A stretch of 64,000 bases of DNA from Blastocystis sp. Blastoise (lineage: Eukaryota; Protista; Bigyra: Opalinata), in assembly GCA_039096225.1 (NCBI GenBank), contig JBBPEB010000034.1:496001-560000 (forward strand). Direction: 5' to 3'. The notes below the pieces were generated by a model. That model had not been told where the DNA came from and did no database searches. It worked only from the letters and a program-made list of their open reading frames with translations. Each line of letters begins with the position of its first letter. Position 1 is the first letter of the stretch. Both the position numbers and the translations under genes were made by a program. Of the stretch, positions 15,362 to 30,282 are shown piece after piece.

Positions 15362-17083
15362 AATCTAAAAAATTAACTTTAACATAATGTATATAATTAT
15401 ATATTGACTTATTCTTTAATTTATATTATTATTATTATTATTATTATTCTCCATTTATTATTTTCTGCTTTAACTATATACATAACTATTATTATTATTG
15501 ATTTCTTCCTATTCTATATCTTGATTATTATTTTCTATATATTTTTTAATATTAAAATTATTATTTTTTTCTAACTCTTATTTTTAAAATATACATTTTT
15601 TTTTCTTTTTTTCTCTTCTTTGTTGTTTTTGGTGTAATAATTATTGCATTTCTTATTAATCATTTTGATTACTTATGATTAATCTACTCTATTTTTAAAT
15701 CTATTTTCATATTTAAAATATATTTATTATAATTATTATTTTTTTTATATTTCTTTTAATCTTCCCATTTAATAGTATTCTTTCTTTTTTACTATATTAT
15801 TAGTAAAATCCTAATACATATTTTTCAATATCATTCTGTTTTATTTTTTCTTTAAATAGATGATTTTTTTTTGGTCTTTTTTTTTATTACATTTTTTTTT
15901 CTAGAATAAATTTCTTTTACAGTATTCTTATTCTTCATTGATTTTTTTTTTTTTTTGAAATTTCGATTTTTACAATTATTCATTACTTCTAATCATATTT
16001 TTTATTATTACTTTCTTTTTAAATACTTTCAATACTATTTAGAACACAATATATATCTTGCTTTTTGTGTTCTATTCATTATTATTCATATTTTATCATC
16101 TATGTTATTAATTATAGACTATTTTTCTTTTCTACCATTTCTATTCACATCAATTTAATCCCCAAATCATTCTATTTATTGCTTATTCCATTTAATTATT
16201 TTTTTTTGTTTATTTTGCTCAACATTTTTTGATATTTTTTAAACATTTTCTTTCTATACAAAATATACTTTCATCTATACAAATGAATAGTTCTCGTTTT
16301 ATCTTGTTTCTATCTATTTGATAAATTCATTACTATTCTTTTATTTCTATTTCTTTTTTATATATTCCTTTCATACTATAAACATTTTTTAATCATCTTC
16401 CTATGTTAATTAATAACTATAATACGTTATTAATCTATTTGTTTTAAGAATAGCACAATTTTTGTATTTTATTTGTCTATTTATATAATTCAGTCTATCT
16501 GGTTATATAGCTTATCATGCAACAATTATCTAAATATATGTTTTTTAGCTACATCAAAAAAATACAACAACTCAGTTTTCATTTTTTATAATTACTAATA
16601 GTAAGATTCTTTTATGTTTATTAATGACATTCAGTTCAAGATATTCACGGCTTTTAAAAATTTCATTTAAATATATATATAATATATATAAAAATATTGA
16701 GAATAATAAAGAAATCTTCTCAATTATAAAATATTGAACCCATAAGACTAAATCCAATACATGAAATATTCCTAAGTTCGTGCTTTAATTAATATACATC
16801 ATTTGAAGCACAATAATCGCACCACTTTTATGATAAATCATAATCAATTACTTTAAATACACAATCTATCAAGTAAATTTCCAGTATAGATACATCTAAG
16901 TATTCATTGCAATACCAAATTGATGATAAAAAGATAGTATAAGATAAAAATATAAATTTGATTGAAAAAAAACAATTAACATGTTTATAACAGAGTGGCT
17001 CCTTTAAAAATAAAATAGTTTCATGATTATCGTCAAAAAAACAAAAGTATCTTTAATTTGACATTTATTTTGCATTACATATA

Positions 17084-18562
17084 ATGTAAGTCATTATTTA
17101 TATTTGATTCATTTTTTAGGCCTCTCGTAATGATGTGTGGATATCCTTGTTCTGGGAAAAGTACGATAGCTTCTCAGATCAAGACTTTTTTAGAAGGAAA
17201 AGGGAAAGAAGTAAGTCTTATCAATTTTGAAACGATGCACCTCAACCGAAATGACATTTATGGACAACAATATGGTTCTGAGAAGAATGCTCATGAATTG
17301 ATTAAAACAGAAGTTTCCAGAGTTTTACGAAGCGATAATTATGTTATTTTAGATACTATGAATTTAATTAAAGGTTATCGTTATGAGATGTATTGTATTG
17401 CTAGAGCTTGTCGTTCGACAAAGTGTTTAGTATTTCTTTTTAGAATATTATCGTATTTATTGATGATTCAATAGGTTTTTGTTGATTGTAGTCGTGAAAA
17501 CGTAAAAGAATGGAACTCGAATCGTGAAAATGATAAATATAGTGATTTCAGGTATATGAATAGATAGTTATATAAAGTTTATGTTGATTGGCATCTATTA
17601 AAATTATATTTATTATATTTATTATAGTTATTTTATTTTTTTATTATGTTTATTTTTTTTTTATTTATTATATATTATATTATTTTTATTTTTATTTTTA
17701 TTATTATATTTATTATATTTATTTTATTATATATTATATTATTTATTATTTTTATTATTATATATATTATAGTATTGATGATTTATGTAATCGCTTTGAG
17801 TCTCCTCAGCCTTCAACCCGTTGGGATTCACCGTTAATCCATATATCTATAAATAACAATCATTTAGAATTACATGGTGGACCTGAACCTTATGATTCTC
17901 ATTCTTTTCCTTTTGATGAATTATTTAATGCTTTAGCTGCAGGAAAAATTGCACCAAAAAATAAAGCTATTGCTCCTCCTGTATATATATATATGTTATG
18001 TTTTTTATGTTTTATATTTTTTTATTAATATAAAATTAATATTATTATAAAGTTATTTTTATATGAATAAATGTATATATTATAAAGAATAATTATTAAA
18101 ATGAATATAAATAATAAATATAGGTAGAACAATTAAATTCAGATAATTATTTGAACGAATTAAGTTCAATTACTGAATCTATGATTAAAACATTTATTTC
18201 TGAACAAAAGAATGCTTTAGAAGGAAATACAATTAAATTATCACATGGAACTAAATATGTATATATATATAAGTTTACTTATTTTTTTATTCACTTTTTT
18301 AATAATAAATTTATTATATTTATTATATTTATTATATTTATTATATTTATTATATTTATTATATATATAATATATATTATACTTATTATTATATAGCTAT
18401 ATTAAAATATATATATAGATCACATTATATCGTAAAGTCACATTACCCTTATTAAGAGCTTGGAGAAAAACATATATTAATATGATGCAAAAGAAACCTC
18501 TTCCGATTTCTCAAGTACCGAATTCATTTATTGATTTTTTAAATGTTCAATTAAATAATTAA
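17084..18562 (+). CDS. KTI12: KTI12 (Elongator-associated P-loop protein); 5 introns, start codon split AT|G by intron 17086-17119
   Basis: MPLVMMCGYPCSGKST; VILDTMNLIKGYRYEMYCIAR; RFESPQPSTRWDSPL; C-terminal LYRKVTLPLLRAWRKTYI...FIDFLN. Confidence 0.93.
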
Positions 18563-18880
18563 AAATAATTCAATTTTAACTATATAAACGTATATATATA
18601 TGTAAAAATATTTTTGTAATAATTTTTGTTCATCATAAATAATACATATCTGTCTATTCTGCTATAATTCTATATAAGCAATAATTCTCTAGCAAATAGA
18701 CATTCATTATAGTATTCTCTGAAAAGAATCAATAGCAAATAATATACTAAAGATACTAAAACAACTCTTTTTTTATATGCTAAAAATGTTTTAGTAAAAA
18801 CACAAAATGAACTATTGATTCTTTATATAAATAATTATTTCAATTAACAAATATAAATAAAAAAAATTACTAATTAACAA

Positions 18881-21219
18881 ATGGAAGATACACTTACATT
18901 AACTTATAAAATTCCAGATGAAAATGAAAAGAAATGTATACACATTATTCTTTTTTTTGCTGACGCAGACAATATATAGTTCAAGAATACTTTTCAAAAT
19001 ACTTAGATCGTATAAGAGTTTCTACAGCAGGTATAGAGAAACCCAAATTTCCAGATAAAAGTGCAAAGAAAGATGATTGTTTCAAATTTTCGTTTCATCT
19101 CTTTAAGGATATGGGACGATATGTTGCGAATGCTCGTGATGGTCATAGAGATGCCACAATCAATGAGTGTTCTAAGCATCTCGATAGAATTTCAGAAATC
19201 AATTTTAAAGACATCGATTTTAAGAATAAGTATGATCGAAATTATGGATTTTCTGGAACATATTTATCAGATGCAGACGTTGTTACTATGATTGAGATGC
19301 TTTCTGATTATGGAAATAAGACAATATCCTTTTAAATAGTTTTATTTTTTAAATATTTATTCTTTATGATTAATATTGTATAGTTACCTTAATAAATTAC
19401 ATTCGATTTGGTGGAAATGAGAGTATATATAATGAATTTGATTTTGTTGACGTATTTCCTGATTTCAATACAGCTGTATTTCTTCTTCATCAAGCTCAAA
19501 CTTTGTATATACCTATATACGGTACATCAAAACCAAAAGATTATTTAGCAGATATTTTTTGTTATTATGAATTAACAGACTTTGGAATGAGTCATCAAGG
19601 TATATTTGGATTTTTATTTTATTTATATATATATATATAGGTTTTTTTGAGATAGCTAGAGAATTATCAGAATATTTAATTCCCATAATAGAACAGTTTT
19701 TTAATGCATATAATGATAATAAGAAAGCTTTTAATAATAGTCGAGTTATTCTTGGAGGACATTCTTTAGGAGGAGCAGTAGCTCAAATGGTCTATATTAT
19801 ACTTAAAAAAGTATATATATATATTTATATTTATATTTATATTTATTTATATTTATATGTATTTATTTATATGTATTTATTTATATATATTTATATGTAT
19901 TTATTTATATTTATATGTATTTATGTATTCAATAGATACTACATTTTTATTATCTATTATTATTATTATTATATATTTAAGAATAATAAATAAACTCTTT
20001 TATCATATTTAATAATATATATAAAAATATGTTAAATAATAATAATAATAATAATATTATGAATCAATTTATTATATATAGAAATGTCCCATGGTAAATT
20101 TATATTGTTTGACATTAGGAGCACCTTTCTGTTTAACAAATCGATATAATGAAATAGAAGAATGTCCTAAACAAGTATTAAATATTATTAATAGAAAAGA
20201 CCCTATTCCTCTTATTACTACTTCTTATAATCTAGGTATATATATATATAGTTATAGTTAAAGAAATGTTATTATTTTTTTATTTATTTATTTATTTACT
20301 TAATTAACTATTTATTTATGTATTTATTTATTACAATATTTATTACAATATTTATTACAATTTATTTATTCAGGTGGTTACTTGGCTATTTTTCAGCAAT
20401 ACTCAACAGAGTATATATATAAATTATTTATATACTATATACTATATATAGTAAAATTCCCTGTAGTCCTCCATCTTTCTCTGCTATAACTAAAATATAT
20501 AAGGGAAACTTTGCCTATAAAGCATTTGCTAAATATTGTTTAGTACATATATATTATTCATTATTATTATAGTTATTCTATTTCTATATACTATATATTT
20601 ATATAAAATAAATAACAATAATAAAAATCACTTTATAAATCTTAATAATTATAAATATATATAGTTAGATAGTACTTCAGAGGATGTTTTACTTCCTTTA
20701 GAGAATAATCATGGATCTATTCAATTAAAAAAAGGAGAAGAATCGAATTTATTATTTTTAAATAATCATTTTATGGATGAATATAAATCGATTTTTCATT
20801 TATATATATCATTATTAATGAAGAAAGGATTAATATTAGAATCAAAACCTCAATTTATTATGAATAGAAGTAATATGTTATTAAAAGAAGATAGTACCTA
20901 TAATTTAAAACCATTAATATTTAAAGTGTATGATTTAGAAATACTTAAGAATTATACATTTCCTAAGAAATCCAAAAAACATCATCATTGGAATATATTT
21001 CATCATATAAATCAATCTAAAGAAACTATTTCTACTGAATCTATATATGAATCCAATCAAACTATAGATATAGAAAAACAAATTCAAATTAATACACAAA
21101 AGAAGAGTATATTGAATGATAATTTGATAGATATTTCTCAAGATACATTAGAAATGAAGAAAAATACAAATATATCTTCTATAGCTATACCTTTAATTAA
21201 TGAACAGAATAACAATTAA
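18881..21219 (+). CDS. Class 3 lipase (alpha/beta hydrolase), paralog A; 7 introns including one AT-AC
   Basis: YIPIYGT, HQGFF, nucleophile elbow GGHSLGGAVAQ, TLGAP, NRKDPIP, candidate catalytic His NHFMDEY. Confidence 0.85.
19324..19400 (+). other. U12-type (minor spliceosome) AT-AC intron
   Basis: 5' ATATCCTTT, branch-like TACCTTAAT, 3' AAATTAC; removal restores DYGNKT|IRFGG; retained intron has TAA at 19333-19335. Confidence 0.92.
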
Positions 21220-21986
21220 ATAAATAATCAAACACTTATTATTTCTATTCACATTTATTCTATTTCTCTATTATTTATTATCTCTTTATATCTTTTTTTT
21301 TAGAAATTTTTTATTAAACGAATTACTCTATTGGTTTCGTTATAATTACTCGTTATTTTACTATTATTATTATTTATAAAATAGAATTATGCTATTCTAT
21401 TTAATTTATTCTTTAGATATTTGATTTATTCGTTTTGATTTACTTTTGTATTCAAAATTTATTGTTCAGATCTATATTTGTTTTGTTTTATATAGGAAAG
21501 TATAGTTCACTATATTTTTGAATGACAACAATGACAAAGAATTGAAGAAATACAAAAGTAATGAGAATCAGATATTTAATTAAACGTCGTTTATATGTTC
21601 CATTAATAATTCGCTGTTCTTGAAGTTTCCTCACTTATTAAATATCTAATAAAAACAAAAGAATGACATCAACTCATAAATTATCTTCATAGATTTTCCT
21701 TTAAACATTTCATTCATTTTGAAATATCATTTAAATACTCTATTTTGCAATAATTGTGTTTATAAATAGAATTAATATTATAATAAATACAAAATAAACA
21801 CATTTAAAAAAAAACAGGAAAATCTCTAATAAGCATGTTAAAACTTGCAAAACAAAGATTTACTAAAAACGAAAATGAAATTCATTTCATCAATAGTAGT
21901 GTTATACGCTTTTATTGCATTCTTTGTACCATATATTCAATATTACGCATAATTATAAATTTAAAAACTATAAGAAATAAATAAAA

Positions 21987-22829
21987 ATGGAAAATGATCC
22001 CAAAACTGTATCAGTTGATCCAACTATTCCTGGTGATGATTATACTAGTATATAGTGATTAGTGTATTTTCTATATGTATACATAGTTGATAAATACTTA
22101 AGTATTGCTTTACCCACAATTTATGTTCCTGGTTATGATTTATTTGAAAGACCAGAGAAAACAAATCGTGAATTCACTCAAGAAGACTATAAGAATTATG
22201 ATAATGATGTTTTTCAGAAAGCTGCCGATTTATTAGCAGAAGCATTTCGAAGACATGCACCTTTGAAAGGAGAAGAATGTGTTTTAACTGTATCTAAAAT
22301 AAAAAGAGTTCCTGAGAAGTCTATACATATAGAAAATAGAAATATAACAGATTATGGATTTCAAAATACTTTTTTAGCAGAAGTTGATGTGATTAATATT
22401 ATTGAAATGCTTTTTGATTACACAAATCATTCTATATCCTTTTATATATTTATTATTATATATATATAATGTAATTTATTTGAATCTCAATATGTAAATA
22501 TATGAATATATATATATTTTCTTTAATCAATATACTTTAGATTTGGTAAAAAAGAAGGTATTTTTCAAGAATTTGATTTTGTCGATTTAATTCCTCAATA
22601 TAATTGTAGTGTATATCTCTTACATAAAGCACAAACATTATATATACCTATATATGGTACAAGAAAACCTATTGATTTTATTAAAGATGCGCAATGTACA
22701 CCTGAACCTTTTCCTTATGGATTTATACATAGAGGTATATATATATATATATTGTTTATTATTATTTATTATGAAAGCATCGTTTTTTTTTATGTTATTC
22801 ATTATGAAAATATTGTTTTAATATATCTA

Positions 22830-22910
<81 letters not shown>

Positions 22911-23086
22911 TACTTTAGGTTTCTTTGAAGTAGCATATCAGTTAGTAGATAAAGTAAAAAGATGGGTTAAGAAATATGATGCTTATTATCGTCCTTCTGA
23001 TGGGGATGCAAGTCAATATAGAGTTGTTATAGGAGGACATTCTTTAGGGGGTGCTACAGCTATTATATTATATTTATTACTTAAAA

Positions 23087-23152
<66 letters not shown>

Positions 23153-25274
23153 TTTTTATTTTAATATTATTTATTTTTATTAGAATTATTATTTTCCATA
23201 GATTATTATTATAAATAAAAACGTTATTTCAATTATATATATATATTGATATAGAAATATCCTCAAATCTCTTTTTATTGTGTTACATTTGGTGCTCCTC
23301 TGTGTTTAACATATAATTTCCAAAATATATTAAATGTGGAAAAAGAAGTATTAAATGTAATTAATTATAAAGATCCAATTCCTATGGTTACTTCTAAATT
23401 TGGTCCAGGTATACTCTTTTTTATATTTTTATTTATTTATTTATTCATTTATTTATTCATTTATTTATTTATTTATTTATTTGTTTATTTATTTATTATG
23501 TTTTTTCCATTATAAATTTATTATTTTATATTTTACCCGTATTACTCTTATTATATAACTATTCTTAGGTAGTTCTATGTCTGGATTTCAACAGCTTTCT
23601 GTCTAGTATATAAAAATATTATATATATATATATATATTTAATAATAAATATTTATCTATAGTAGGCATGATTCATTGAAAATAAAATGGAAGGGTTTAC
23701 GTAATTATGTTCATGGTTATTATGATTATAGAGCATTTGGTAGTTATATCCTAATTAATCGTGAGAATCCGAAAGTCATAACACAACTTGAGAATAATCG
23801 CGGGAATGTAGAATTACCTTCAGGAACAGAATGTAGTTTAAAGAATATAGGAGAACATGGAGTAGCTTTCTATATAAAAGCATTAAATAGATATACATTA
23901 TCAATTATAAATAAAAAAAGAAAAGTGAATAATCGAAGAAGTGTATATGCCAGTATGTGTATAACAGTAAGTAAACAAGAAATGGAATTTAATAAAACTG
24001 AAAATAAAGAAGGAAGACCACGTACTTTTAGTCAAGATATTAATAATGATCAAAATTATAATTTTGAAGAAATTATAGAAATTAAAAAAGAAGAAAAAGA
24101 ACAAGAAAAACGTAAATTTTTATCTTGTATGAAATTTTCAGATCATACTGTAGTTGAACCTAGTCCTACAAATTCACTTCATAGAACAAATTATCAAAAT
24201 AAAAATCAAAGAATGATGCAAGAAGTTATTCATTATAGAAATCAGCAATATACTCAAAATGAACCTGGGAAAAGAAGTAGAAGTAATTTATATGCATTTA
24301 CTATATCAAAGAAACAAAAACCTAATTTCAATGAACAAAATAGTTATTCAAATAATAATAAAAGTAATAATAATAATAATAATGTGAATACTATTAATAA
24401 TACTTCAATGATTCAAGAAAGTGATATTGTTTTGCCACCAATGAATAATGATATATTAAAAGATATTGATCTTACTATGAAATCATTCAGAGACTCTAAT
24501 AAATCACCTAGTTCATTTAAAAACTCAACTAAATCTTCAAATACATTTAGAGACTCCAATAATACTCCTAATTCTATAAAACAATCGAATTCTCCATATG
24601 ATTCTATAAATCAATCCAATGATAATGAAAATATTGTTGAAAATAATAGAGATTTAGAGCATGCTAATATAAATACTATAGATACTATTCATAATAATAA
24701 AACTAATGAAATATCAAATAATAGTGAAAGTAACGAAAAGAAGAAGAGTAATCCTAATGATGGAATTCCAAAAAATATTATAAAACAGAATTCTCTTGAA
24801 CCTCCATGTATTGTACAATTACCTAGTTTTATTGAATCACCAAAATCTATAGAAATACCAAATATAAATAGAATATATAATACCGAAGAATTACCCGTAT
24901 TACCAGAAATACCAAATATGGATAGAAAAATAAATTCTATAGAAATACCAGTATTACCAGAAATACCAAATATGGATAGAAAAATAAATTCTATAGAAAT
25001 ACCAGTATTACCAGAAATACCAAATATGGATAGAAAAATAAATTCTATAGAAATACCAGTATTACCAGAAATACCAAATATGGATAGAAAAATAAATTCT
25101 ATAGAAATACCAAATGAAATAAAGTTACCTAATCGTATTGAAATCAATAATAATAATAATATAAAGCCACCAATTCTTATAGAATCACCAGATTCTACTA
25201 AAATATCTACTTTTACAAGCCAGAATTCAACAATTATTAGCAATCAAAACAATATTAATATGGATTCTAATTAA
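21987..25274 (+). CDS. Class 3 lipase, paralog B, with long low-complexity C-terminus; 6 introns including one AT-AC
   Basis: YIPIYGT, HRGFF, GGHSLGGATA, TFGAP, NYKDPIP, EHGVAFY; intron positions shared with paralog A. Confidence 0.85.
22434..22535 (+). other. U12-type AT-AC intron
   Basis: 5' ATATCCTTT, branch-like TTCTTTAAT, 3' AATATAC; restores DYTNHS|FRFGK at the same position as in paralog A; retained intron has a stop at 22467-22469. Confidence 0.92.
24894..25109 (+). repeat. 54-bp coding tandem repeat x4 (PVLPEIPNMDRKINSIEI)
   Basis: Four nearly identical units in the lipase B tail. Confidence 0.92.
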
Positions 25275-26248
25275 ATTATAAATTCTATATAAGAAAATTA
25301 TTATTAAATAACTGGATATAGATATACATGTCATTATTCTTTGGAAATCATATATATATAGTATTTATCATATATTATTATTTTCTATTAGATTTTTTGT
25401 TGTATATTCTTTTATTTAAATATATATTATTTAGTTGTTATTTTAAATAATTGATTCACTTTGAGTCAAGTATAAATAATTATATAAGTTCATATAATAA
25501 TAGATATACTCTAGTTTATCTCTCTTTCTATTTATATATAAGACAACCCTGTAACAATATTGTTTTTGTCATTTATTCTTATGAGATTATTTGTTTTGTG
25601 TCATTATTAATTTGTTTGTTATTATTGTTGTAGACATTTTTATTCTGTATATAGCATTTGTTTTGTTTTAATATTATTATTATTATTTTGTTTCTTTTTT
25701 TCTTCTTTTATTTTTAAAATAAATCCGAAGATTTTCTATTATGAATTAGAATGGTAAATCTATTTATTATTAATCCAATGTAGTACTTAAAACAGTTAAT
25801 AAGAACTATTCTCAAAAAATATGTTGATAATCAATCAATTGAATTAGAAAAAGCAACTTTTTTAAATCAGATATGTTCTAAATCATTCTGAGAAACTTTA
25901 TGAATAGAATAATATATAAAAAAAACATATATTATTTAATAATTAATGCTGACTTGACATTTTACTAGTTAAGAAATGATGTTTTGTTCTACTTCAATGT
26001 AGTTGGCTATTGTTAGCAGCAATTCACTCTATATTTTGAACAATAACGCAAAACGATTAAATTATTTAAGAAATACAGAAAAAACTACAATAAAATCTAG
26101 TTTCATTCTAATGTTATCAGAATATTTCAGACAAAAATAATCTTAGTTTTCTTACTAAAATATAATTTGATATCATATATATGAGCAATATAGTATGCTA
26201 TATACGTTTGGAATAATATTTATTGTATCTATTATTAGAATAATAACT

Positions 26249-28450
26249 ATGCAACCATCATGTCGCTGGTTAATGACTATTGTCAACCCGTATTACCGGA
26301 TAACAAGAAAACATCGAATGAGCTAACTATGATAAGATATATATTTAGGCATTTCTGGAGAGTATAATGCTTTTCTATCATTATTTGTTTATATTTTATT
26401 AGGATCATGGTATAAACGATCCCCAAAATCAATGTGAAATATGTCACTTAGTCCGTCTACTTATACGTATTTAAATACATAATCTATAACAATCAAGTGA
26501 ACATGTTATTGTTTTCTATGTTTTTTTAAATATATATAGGAGGTTATATTGATCAATATAAAAATTATAAATCTCCCATCTATCAGATTATTCAATCCTG
26601 CTGTATATTTCGTCATTTCTATGGAATACAAAACAATAAAAATCATCACTGTAATTACTGCCGTCTTTCAAAGGAGTATATAAATGATTATTTTATATTA
26701 CGTTTTGGTTTTACTTTGTTTATATAGACATTTAAATGCATATTATTTAGCGTATAATCATTTATTATCATGTAAAGGTTGTGGTAAGCAAATAGATAAT
26801 TCAAAACCACAATTAATACATATAATGAAATGTCAAGTATTTTGTTAATATTATGCTTATTATTGTATTGTTTTATTGTGTTAATTATTGTATTGTTTTA
26901 TTGTGTTAATTATTGTATTGTAATTATTATGTTAATTATTGTATTATATTTATTATTGTATTTATCAAAATTATTATTATATTTCTAATAATTATATAGG
27001 GTTGTGCTGCATGTAGTAGTTTCCCTCAATTGAGTGATCAGGAGAAGCAGCAGCTATGTACTTTATTTATAACGATATATTCTAGTTATAGTAGATCAAA
27101 TAATAATAAAATGAATAATCAAATGAATAATAATAATAATAATAATCAAATGAATAATAATAATAATAATCAAATGAATAATAATATTAATAATAATCAA
27201 ATGAATAATAATCAGATAAATGGATCTATGCAACTAAATATGAATACAGTCAATACTCCATCAAATGTTATGAATACTGATATGAATCAAATGAATAATA
27301 ATAATAATATGAATCAAATGAATAATAATAATAATATAAATCAAATGAATAATAATAATAATATAAATCAAATGAATAATAATAATAATATGAATCAGGT
27401 TAATAATAATAATATGAATCAGGTTAATAATAATAATATGAATCAAATGAATAATAATATAAATCAAATGAATAATAATAATACTAATACTAATAGTGTT
27501 CCTCCTTATTCTTATAATTCTCAAACATATACTAATACGAATAATAATACTAATAATAATACTAATAACACTTCAATGATGATAAATCCAATTTCTGTAT
27601 ATCCACAGAATAATCAAGTGAATTCTCAAGATATGTCTTATATAAATACATCTACACCTTCTATAGCTTCTAATACTCCTATAATTACTAGTCCTTATAC
27701 ATCAACAATAAATACAACTCCATCTCTATCTACTCCTGCTATAAGAACAAGAGCTTCTTCTGTATCTTCACATCGAAGTACGAATTCAACACATAATTCA
27801 CAATATATTAATAAAAATACTTATATAAATAATAGTACTATGATGAATAATACTAATAATAATACAAATAATATGAATTATAATAATTCAACTATTAATA
27901 GAGTAACAACAACAAATAATCAACAAGCAATCAATATAAATTCTTCTATTCCTAATAATAATAATAATATAAATCAAATGAATAATACTAATAATACTAT
28001 TATGAATAATAATACTAGTAATACTTCAGATCTTATAAATTCTAGAATACAAGGAAATATTCAATCTACAAATTCTTTGAATGATCCTCGTAATTATTCT
28101 TATTATCCAAGTACTACTACTAATAATACTAATAGTATTAATAATACTACTATTAATAATAGTGTATATCCTAAAATAGTATCTCCTTCTTCTTCTTCTA
28201 CTTCTTCTTCTATGATTAAACCAAATCAAGTATATGGTTTTAATACAACGAAAGGATCTTCTTATCCATCGAATTATATATCTAATAGTACTACTATATC
28301 TACTTATCCAACTATGAAGACTAAGACAAATACCGTAAAGAAACGAACTCCTTCTAATACTATTACTGGAATTATTAATCAAAATATTGGATCAAATAAT
28401 AATAATAATAATAATAATACTATGGGAAATACTAATAATACTGTTATATC

Positions 28451-28529
<79 letters not shown>

Positions 28530-29614
28530 CAGAATAATAATATAACAGGAAAACGTTCAAAGAATACAACTCGAATAGAGAAAGAAGACAAAGAAGAAAC
28601 TTTACCTATAAGTCGATCTACTGTAATCTTATCGAAAGATATCAAGAAAGAAACAAATGAAAATAAATGTATATTATTTATTATTTATTATTTATTATTT
28701 ATTATTTATTATTTATTATTTATTATTTATTATTTATTATTTATTATTTATTATTTATTTATTTATTATTTATTATTTATTATTTATTATTTATTATTTA
28801 TTATTTATTATTTATTATTTATTATTTATTATTTATTATTTATTATTTATTATTTATTATTTATTATTTATTATTTATTATTTATTATTTATTATTTATT
28901 ATTTATTATTTATTATTTATTATTTATATATTTATTTATATATTATTTATTATATTTATTATTTATTATTTATTATTTATTATTTATTATTTATTATTTA
29001 TTATTTATTATTTATTATTTATTATTTATTATTTATTATTTATTATTTATTATTTATAGATGTTGGTTATATTTCTCTTTTTTCAAAACAATATGAAAAT
29101 AATAATAATAGTCTTACAGGTGAAGTATCAACATTAGAAAAAGTATATATATTTATTTTATATTTATTATTCTATTAATTCTATATATATAAATATAAAT
29201 AGAGACTATCAAATGATACTGATTTTGTATCTCGTCGTTCTCAATATTCTGTAGATTACCGTGAATCTAAGAAATGGGATCGTATATGTATTCTCTATGG
29301 AGAAACAATTAAATCAATATATATAAAATATTCAAAGAGTTATAATATAGGTGTATCTGAAAAAGCTTTGATTACTCTTACTGAAGGGATTCGACAATAT
29401 ATACGTCATGTAGTAGAACGAGCTTATGATTATACAAAGCAACGAAGAAATATATATCCTCTCTCTAGAACACTCTCTTTAAACTCCATGAATACGTACA
29501 ATGATTTCATCACTTTATGGATGAAAGAAGAAGAAAAGAAACAACAAAAATTAATTGATATTAATAAAGATAAAGATAATAATAATAATAATTTAGTTAA
29601 TAATAAAGATAAAG

Positions 29615-29647
<33 letters not shown>

Positions 29648-30282
29648 TATTAAAGGATTCTTCTCTTCTTACTTCTCCTACTCGATCCATAAAGAATGAA
29701 AACCAAGGGAAAAGACCCAGTTTATTAAATGATGACGCACTCTCTGTCACAGAAATAACAATAGATACACCTGTCATTAAATCTCCTCCAATCAATCGCA
29801 AGAATAGTACTATTAATAATCATATCAATATACATCCGAAAGAACGTGAAACAAATGATATATATGAATATAAAGAACAATCCATGTCGAAAGATAATAT
29901 ATCCACATTAGGTATATTTATTATATATTTATTATATTTATTATATTTATTATATATTTATTATATATTTATTTATCTTATTTATTTTATTTATTATATT
30001 TATCTTATTTATTATTTATTATATTTATTATATTTATTATTTATTTTATTTATTATATTTATTATATTTATTATATTTATTATATTTATTATATTTATCT
30101 TATTATCTATATATATAGAAAAAGCTATGGGTAATAATGAGATAACCGCGATTATCGCTGAAGATCTACGTAGTGTTTTAGAAGACAGTCCTTTCACTAT
30201 ATGTAGTAGTCAGCATTATAATACTATATATACACATGTCACAAAAGCGGCTAATGACGCACTCGATATCAAAAAGAACTAA
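26249..30282 (+). CDS. TAF4/ADA1-like histone-fold transcription cofactor with N-terminal Cys/His cluster and Asn-rich middle
   Basis: N-terminal CEICH...HHCNYC...HLLSCKGC...HIMKCQGCAAC; histone-fold-like VSEKALITLTEGIRQYIRHVVERAYDYTKQRR; C-terminal IIAEDLRSVLE. First exons are modelled by hand and less certain. Confidence 0.55.
28669..29059 (+). repeat. Intron made almost entirely of a (TTATTTA)n heptamer repeat
   Basis: GT at 28669, AG at 29058-29059; source of the spurious YYLLFII ORFs. Confidence 0.9.

Noticed and set aside
15362-17083. 1.7-kb T-rich intergenic stretch as a hidden gene or mobile element
   Set aside because: Short ORFs lack splice support or recognisable motifs, no terminal repeats; T-skew resembles other 3' flanks.
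24894-25109. Regular repeats as a possible CRISPR array
   Set aside because: No unique spacers; in-frame coding tandem repeat in a eukaryotic gene.
24689-25243. 184-aa antisense ORF
   Set aside because: Reverse-strand shadow of the 54-bp coding repeat in lipase B.
28657-29178. Overlapping YYLLFII-repeat ORFs, and similar I/Y/N-rich ORFs at 3020-3382, 10611-11238, 27261-27524, 32051-32499
   Set aside because: Stop-free translations of intronic or antisense microsatellites, not genes.
29282-29350. GTATAT...ATATAG segment as an intron
   Set aside because: It is open in frame and supplies the first helix expected of the histone fold, so it is treated as exon; RNA-seq would settle it.
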